From an uncultured virus (IMG/VR IMGVR_UViG_3300042691_003004) (taxonomy: Duplodnaviria > Heunggongvirae > Uroviricota > Caudoviricetes), in IMG/VR virus record IMGVR_UViG_3300042691_003004: a DNA stretch of 20,000 nt. The stretch is one strand, 5' to 3'. Below, piece after piece: positions 14,893 through 20,000 of the stretch (position 1 is the first letter of the stretch; each line of letters starts with the position of its first letter). The position numbers were made by a program, and so were the translations under genes. Under the pieces are notes generated by a model. It was not told the DNA's origin. It saw only the letters and a list, made by a program, of their open reading frames with translations, and did not search any database.

Positions 14893-15312
14893 TCAAGCTC
14901 CTCTGGACGTGACAACCTGATCGTCACCTCGGGTAACTGTGACCTTATCCCCCTCAACGATAACGCGCATTGGGGGTTCTTTACGATCAAGTCTATCGAG
15001 TTTGTCGATCAACTGTCGCATCACTTCAAACTCAGGTTTATCTTGCTTGGGGTTTGCCCCAGCAATACCATTTAGCATTGCAATTAACGCAGTCAACGCG
15101 GCGGAAACAAGCCCAATCACCGCAGCTATCTTTGATTCTTCCAGCAGCAAACTAGCGCCGACGCCCACAATAACTATCGCAGTGATATACGCTAGTCCAT
15201 GTTTACCAATTGCTTTACCTGCCACTTCTTTTGCAGATGACTGAGCCTCCAACCGATTGAGTTCGGCTTTCGCTTGTGCTCTAAGCAATTTGATATTTGG
15301 CGCTTCAAACAT
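14893..15312 (-). CDS. Small membrane protein with two predicted TM helices, 139 aa; lysis-associated candidate
   Basis: Hydrophobic runs GLAYITAIVIVGVGASLLL and IAAVIGLVSAALTALIAMLNGIA flanked by charged termini. AAGGA upstream. Confidence 0.8.
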   Translation of the reverse strand: MFEAPNIKLLRAQAKAELNRLEAQSSAKEVAGKAIGKHGLAYITAIVIVGVGASLLLEESKIAAVIGLVSAALTALIAMLNGIAGANPKQDKPEFEVMRQLIDKLDRLDRKEPPMRVIVEGDKVTVTRGDDQVVTSRGA

Positions 15313-15321
15313 ACCGCGTCC

Positions 15322-15771
15322 TTATGGCCTATCAGGCCAAATCACATCCCACGGAAACCCGGCCTGTTTGGTGATGTCACGCAGAGCTTGACGATAGACA
15401 GAGTAATTGGCCGGTATGGACGCACCTGTTTCAAACGCCCGAGCAACAACCCAATCAGTCTGTCGAAGCATTGCATCGCGCTCGTTGCGTACGGCGGTTG
15501 CTTTGACTTTTTGCTCGTTGATGATCTGGTCCGGCTCTTTGTTATGAACCTCCCAAACCTGCATCCATGTGCTACCGTTTTTAATCGGCGCACCCTCAAT
15601 CACGTACTGCGTACGCCCAACAGATGGCATCGTCGCAGGCTCAACCTTTACAAGTCCGGGTGGCAAATGATGCGCTTCAACTTGTGTCGGGAAGCTGATA
15701 TTGGGAAAGCGCTGCCGTAGGTCGATGATTGGGTACTCGACCACTACTTCTTCATTAACAAGTGCGTACAT
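15322..15771 (-). CDS. Phage tail (fibre) assembly chaperone, 149 aa
   Basis: C-terminal VRNERDAMLRQTDW...YRQALRDITKQAGFPWDVIWP is the characteristic signature. Lies directly downstream of the receptor-binding candidate. Confidence 0.9.
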   Translation of the reverse strand: MYALVNEEVVVEYPIIDLRQRFPNISFPTQVEAHHLPPGLVKVEPATMPSVGRTQYVIEGAPIKNGSTWMQVWEVHNKEPDQIINEQKVKATAVRNERDAMLRQTDWVVARAFETGASIPANYSVYRQALRDITKQAGFPWDVIWPDRP

Positions 15772-15786
15772 GTTGCGTTCCTTTGC

Positions 15787-17940
15787 TTAAAGCGTATATG
15801 AAAACCATATACGCCCGTAGTTGCCCGCTGCAAGCCCGATGTTGGCCCCCGGCGTAACCGTACCTACGGAATACGAAACAGGCTGTGTTGGGTAGTATTC
15901 CGTGGCCCCAAGCGCCGGAGACGATACCCGGTAAGTGACCCCAGGCGAAGACCCCCAAGACGCAGATAGCGTAGGTGTAGTCGATATGACACCAGTTCCA
16001 TTTGTTTTGATGCCAATAGATATTTTTGGGGTACCAAACGTAAATACACCCGTAGGTTGAGAGTCAGACGCTCCACCAAGGTAGGACGACCCAGCAGTCC
16101 ACCCCAACCCATTTGTGCTTGTTGCAACTTGCTGCGAGAAAAGACTTTCATAAAACGCAATAAATAGCCCAGACCCAAACCCAGTTGATGCTCGTGGGTC
16201 ATAAGTTATGTTTAACGTCGTAGGCGCAGGTGCAGGGCTACCAAATGGCAACAAGGTAACAAACCACGAGGTACCATCTGTAGTATTTGCTATTTCGTTA
16301 TTTGTAGTTCCTACGACTACGCACGTATTGTTCATAGCAACCGTGTACGGCGTTTGGAAGCCACTGAGAACACTTTGCAACGATAAATTTACTGCCCAAC
16401 TTATCGTAGTAGGTGGCGAATACGAACCAATACCTACCTCAGCGTTGTCAGACACCACTATGATGTTGTTTGTAGGTAGTTTAGCGATCCCAATTATTTT
16501 CCCAGTAACACCCGGCAATGCAGCAAGCTGCCATGAACCCGCCCCTAACGGGTTGAAGCGATATGCCACTACCCCAGCAGACAAACCAACAAACGTGCAG
16601 TCCAACGCCTCGTCGTAGTACGCACTTCCAACAACTGTGTTGTTATACCCAAGTGACACCAAAGAGTTAAACAACAGCAAATCTTGCTGAAAATTAAATG
16701 GTGACCCGGTGGTCATATATTGCACGCGCCCAGTACCTCCGGCAAAAACCGCACGAATGGTACCCGTGGGGGTTGCGGTAACAGGAGCGGCTACACCTGT
16801 GATGTTTGCGGTACCAAACATGGAGTAGTACCCACTAAATCCGTCGCTCACATCTCCACATGGAGATAGCCCGCCAGTAACTAACGTCTGCCCCCCATAA
16901 AAAGATATATACAACGCACCGCCTTGTATCCAGCATTTAACTGGAGTTTCGGTAACGGGGTACCCATCATAGCGTTCGTTTATGGTGAACAAGTTATTGG
17001 CAGCAAACCACGTAACACCATAATCCCCAGAAACTGCGAGCGTTCCGTCACCACAAACTACAAAAATTGTTGAGGGGGATGCAGGATCAGCAGCCATAGC
17101 AATAGCGCGGCGCGTACCCCAATTAGCAGTTGTTTGCAGCGCTGTGGATAAAGTAAACGTCTGCCCGTCAGTGGATAGCGCAAGGACACCATTGTCCCCG
17201 GCAGCAAGGCAAGTGTTACCGTCAGTAGTCCACGCTGCGCAACGCAATGTAGTACCAATACCGCTTGGAATAACGGAACCAGACCAGTTAATGCCATCGA
17301 CGGTATAACGCACCCGCCCGTCCACCCCAAGCGCAGTGGTTACCCCCGCTTTACTTGCAAACGCGTATTTAGTAAATCCATCCCCATACGTGGTCGCATC
17401 AGAGAATGAAGCTGTGCCTGATGGGTACGTGTTTGAGTACTTTGCACCGCTTTGAGTTAGTAGAATCGCTCGTGGGTTTGCGTTACCAAACGTATTGGTG
17501 TGAATAAACATGTCCGCGCTGTAATCAGCGTACGGTACAGAGTTTGTAATAAACGATGTATACCACGTATTGTTGGATGTGCTACGTGTAAACACACCCA
17601 TTTGATTGGTAGCCAACGATTGCACGTATACAAACTCCGTATACCCTGTATATTCCGCCCCTACGGTAACCGTCGGTTGAAACCCAAGCGTACCAATCAC
17701 GTACTTACGTAGATAGGGATCATACGTAGGTATAACCCCGCTGGGGCCACCGGGCACATACGTAGCCGCCCCAGCAAAATCACAAACCACACGAGTCCCA
17801 CCCATAGAACCACGAACCTGTGACAACCGCGCTTGGCCAAGGCTGTAGTTTTCTACGCTGTTCAAATTCCAGTACTTACCGATGTACACATCGGTGTTGT
17901 TGCTGGCAACTGCAAGGGCGGTGGAAAAGTACGTATTCAT
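15787..17940 (-). CDS. BNR/Asp-box repeat beta-propeller protein, 717 aa; putative receptor-binding tail protein
   Basis: Asp-box-like motifs YTVDGINW, LSTDGQTF, VSGDYGVTW, NTTDGTSW, TSTNGLGW. Thr/Gly/Ser/aromatic-rich. Lies between the fibre adaptor and the chaperone. Confidence 0.8.
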   Translation of the reverse strand: MNTYFSTALAVASNNTDVYIGKYWNLNSVENYSLGQARLSQVRGSMGGTRVVCDFAGAATYVPGGPSGVIPTYDPYLRKYVIGTLGFQPTVTVGAEYTGYTEFVYVQSLATNQMGVFTRSTSNNTWYTSFITNSVPYADYSADMFIHTNTFGNANPRAILLTQSGAKYSNTYPSGTASFSDATTYGDGFTKYAFASKAGVTTALGVDGRVRYTVDGINWSGSVIPSGIGTTLRCAAWTTDGNTCLAAGDNGVLALSTDGQTFTLSTALQTTANWGTRRAIAMAADPASPSTIFVVCGDGTLAVSGDYGVTWFAANNLFTINERYDGYPVTETPVKCWIQGGALYISFYGGQTLVTGGLSPCGDVSDGFSGYYSMFGTANITGVAAPVTATPTGTIRAVFAGGTGRVQYMTTGSPFNFQQDLLLFNSLVSLGYNNTVVGSAYYDEALDCTFVGLSAGVVAYRFNPLGAGSWQLAALPGVTGKIIGIAKLPTNNIIVVSDNAEVGIGSYSPPTTISWAVNLSLQSVLSGFQTPYTVAMNNTCVVVGTTNNEIANTTDGTSWFVTLLPFGSPAPAPTTLNITYDPRASTGFGSGLFIAFYESLFSQQVATSTNGLGWTAGSSYLGGASDSQPTGVFTFGTPKISIGIKTNGTGVISTTPTLSASWGSSPGVTYRVSSPALGATEYYPTQPVSYSVGTVTPGANIGLAAGNYGRIWFSYTL

Positions 17941-17949
17941 TGCCCACCC

Positions 17950-18738
17950 TTACACGTAGTTGTTCAATACTGCGCCGTACCAAATACCTGATGCCGAAAA
18001 ATCGGTAAACAAAAATAGGTTAAACGTATTCGAATTGATGATTGGCGCAGTGTTATTGGGCCAACGCACATTACCCGGCCACGTGATCGTCCCAGTGCCG
18101 GGGTTCACTAACAGCGCTAAAAAACTTACATTATCAGTGAGCCCTGACCCACTTGAAGGCGTTAAGGTTACAAACAACGGCCCGCCACCCGTATTCGGCA
18201 TGTAATAAAAATTAGACACTGAAGCGTTGAGTGTGATGCTACCTGCGGGGGGCAACAAAGTGTACGACTGCGTAGTCGCGCCGTTGACAACATCTAGCCC
18301 GCTGGACTCAAAATTTGTAGCGTAGTTGACAGCAAACGTAACCTGCGACCCCGTGCAAGACACGACCACAATCCTGCCGTTTGGGATAGCTAGCGTGGGC
18401 GCGAGCGGGTTTACTGTCGTAAAGTTAAGCACGTTCCCCGTGACATTTTGAATGATGTACACCTTGGGCTGATCAGGCGCAGTCAAGGTAAACGGAAGCC
18501 CCGGTGTGCCGTTACCAAGCTCAACAATAAGCGCGGCAGCACGAGCCTCATCGATGGTGCCGTCCACAGAGGTTAGCGTATGTGCGTTTGCCGTCCACGT
18601 CGTGATATGAACGTGCCCAGTAATAGCCTGTTCAACCAACTCAGTGATCTGATCGTTGACCACCTGCCCCCAGAGGCCATCTAGTTCGCCCGTACCGGGT
18701 AATGCAAGTCGTAGCGATGGGGTATATTGAGTGCTCAT
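17950..18738 (-). CDS. Putative short tail fibre/adaptor protein, 262 aa
   Basis: N-terminal YTPSLRLALPGTGELDGLWG anchor-like motif and C-terminal TITWPGNVRWPNNTAP...WYG domain, both recognised from phage tail-fibre proteins. Confidence 0.75.
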   Translation of the reverse strand: MSTQYTPSLRLALPGTGELDGLWGQVVNDQITELVEQAITGHVHITTWTANAHTLTSVDGTIDEARAAALIVELGNGTPGLPFTLTAPDQPKVYIIQNVTGNVLNFTTVNPLAPTLAIPNGRIVVVSCTGSQVTFAVNYATNFESSGLDVVNGATTQSYTLLPPAGSITLNASVSNFYYMPNTGGGPLFVTLTPSSGSGLTDNVSFLALLVNPGTGTITWPGNVRWPNNTAPIINSNTFNLFLFTDFSASGIWYGAVLNNYV

Positions 18739-18747
18739 TTCGTTCCC

Positions 18748-20000
18748 TCAAACGGTGTCAACAATGACCCAGTTGTCATTGCTCGGGTTATAGACGTTTT
18801 GCCAGTTTGAAGACTGCGCGTTTACGACATTCTGCCACTGTCCATCTTGCGCGTCATCAATCAGTTCCCAGAGGTACACCCCGGTCTGCACCGCTAACGC
18901 TAGTGCAACTTCAACAACTTGCACGTTGTAAGTACTTCCATCCGCCGCTTCTGTCGCCATAGCGACCACGGATTCCAGAAGGTCCAAATACATATCAACC
19001 GTTGCCGCCACCACATCCGCCGCTGATGCGGATTCACTGATAAACGCAACGTACTCGGCAACGCCGTCCACGGCATCCACTGCCGTAACGGTTTCAGATA
19101 TGGATTCGCTGATTTCATGCTGCGCGGCCACGTCGTCCGTCGCGGTTACCGTCTCGATAACCACGGTGGAGATGTCGTTCACAGCGTCGACAGTAGCGTC
19201 AGCAGTGACGACTTCAGTAAGGGTTGCTACTAAGTCTTGCTGAGCGCTCACTACGTCGTCAGCAGTCAAAATTTCAGCAACATCAACCCCCATCGTGTTG
19301 ACTGCATCAACGTCATCCGTTGCGGTTACCAATTCATCAACCGCCTCATTCATATCCTGCTGTACGTCAACTGCATCCGTCGCAGTAACGGTTTCGGCCA
19401 AATCCACAGGAATATCTTGCTGCGCAGCTACGTCGTCAGCGGCTGTAACGGTCTCATCCTGCGCCACATCCATCGTGTTGACTGCATCAACGTCGTCTGT
19501 TGCCGTAACAGTTTCATCCTGCGCCGCGTCCATCGTGTTGACCGCATCAACGTCATCCGTCGCGGTTACCACCTCATCAACGGTCTCTACGATGTCATGT
19601 TGATAGTCCACGTCATCAGTCGCCGGGGCTATCTCGGTCAAATCGGCTACAAGGTCTTGCTGCGCATCGACGGTATCCGTGGCAGTGACGGTCTCGGTCA
19701 AATCTGCTGCAAGGTCCTGTTGTGCATCAACTGCATCCGTAGCAGACACAGCTTCGTCAACTGATTCCGCGATGTCTATACCAGCTAGCACATCATCTGT
19801 AGCCGTCACAGATTCAGTCAGATCAACCCCGTACGCACTGCCCGAAGCATCAACAGTGTCGGTTGCAGTAACTGTTTCAGATATGGATTCGCTAGCGTCA
19901 AGCGTGTTAGTTACCGTGTCAGTAGCTGTGACGCTTTCTGACATATCCGCATTGAACGTGTTGTTCGTGGAATCAACCGTATCAGTAGCGGTCAACGCTT
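18748..20000 (-). CDS. Highly acidic 20-aa-repeat structural (fibre-like) protein; 5' end outside the window
   Basis: The frame stays open past the TTG at 19995 to the window edge (..ALTATD). E-x-V-T-A-T-D repeats; Trp-spaced C-terminus; TGA at 18748-18750. Confidence 0.88.
   Translation of the reverse strand, partial: ALTATDTVDSTNNTFNADMSESVTATDTVTNTLDASESISETVTATDTVDASGSAYGVDLTESVTATDDVLAGIDIAESVDEAVSATDAVDAQQDLAADLTETVTATDTVDAQQDLVADLTEIAPATDDVDYQHDIVETVDEVVTATDDVDAVNTMDAAQDETVTATDDVDAVNTMDVAQDETVTAADDVAAQQDIPVDLAETVTATDAVDVQQDMNEAVDELVTATDDVDAVNTMGVDVAEILTADDVVSAQQDLVATLTEVVTADATVDAVNDISTVVIETVTATDDVAAQHEISESISETVTAVDAVDGVAEYVAFISESASAADVVAATVDMYLDLLESVVAMATEAADGSTYNVQVVEVALALAVQTGVYLWELIDDAQDGQWQNVVNAQSSNWQNVYNPSNDNWVIVDTV
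18913..20000 (-). repeat. About 18 tandem ~60-nt (20-21 aa) coding repeats
   Basis: For example ETVTATDTVDAQQDLVADLT / EVVTATDDVDAVNTMDAAQD / ETVTATDDVDAVNTMDVAQD / ETVTAADDVAAQQDIPVDLA. Confidence 0.95.

Larger units (their letters stand above)
1..20000 (-). mobile_element. Tailed dsDNA bacteriophage (probably podovirus-like) tail, lysis and ejection-protein module; free phage versus prophage cannot be determined
   Basis: 15 co-oriented CDS with gaps of at most about 15 nt or 1-4 nt overlaps, except one 77-nt gap. Recognisable tail assembly chaperone, holin and M15A endolysin. No tail tube, sheath or canonical tape-measure gene. No host housekeeping genes. Confidence 0.93.

Noticed and set aside
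14892..14990. 33-aa N-terminal extension of the holin in the ORF track
   Set aside because: Overlaps the upstream gene out of frame. The ATG at 14891 has a strong GAGGAG site and gives the family-typical N-terminus.
19993..19995. TTG start assigned to the acidic repeat protein
   Set aside because: The frame is open to the window edge and the codon falls mid-repeat (E-A-L-T-A-T-D), so the true start lies outside the window.
18913..20000. 60-nt periodicity as a possible CRISPR array
   Set aside because: No invariant repeat with unique spacers. Variation is codon-structured within an open frame, and no cas genes are present.
1..20000. Alternative genetic code, programmed frameshift or stop read-through
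   Set aside because: Genes tile the strand almost completely under the standard code, with TAA, TGA and TAG all used as stops. No broken ORFs need explaining.

Overview
This window is a continuous, tightly packed, all-minus-strand morphogenesis operon of a tailed dsDNA phage, most likely short-tailed (podovirus-like). It has 15 CDS, two of them cut by the window edges. In transcription order (right to left): an extremely acidic 20-aa-repeat fibre-like protein; a tail-fibre adaptor; a BNR/Asp-box beta-propeller receptor-binding candidate; a tail-fibre assembly chaperone; an embedded lysis cassette (2-TM protein, 3TM-family holin, peptidase M15A endolysin); a putative tail hub/nozzle protein; a small tail protein; an AT-rich, possibly GNAT-like gene; and five putative internal-virion/DNA-ejection proteins (2029, 326, 313, 629 and >262 aa). 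No tRNA, rRNA, CRISPR array, integrase, transposase or reverse transcriptase was seen. The most interesting signals are in the ejection-protein cluster. (i) A [MYF]-A-x-G-G-[IV] motif is shared by three otherwise dissimilar proteins and resembles the C-terminal signature of siphophage tape-measure proteins; it is a candidate packaging or processing tag. (ii) The 2029-aa mosaic protein has three separate repeat arrays, one interrupted by a 69-aa dockerin/EF-hand-like insertion. (iii) A Gly/Ala-rich domain occurs in both the giant protein and the last gene. All family assignments come from motif recognition by eye; no searches were run.
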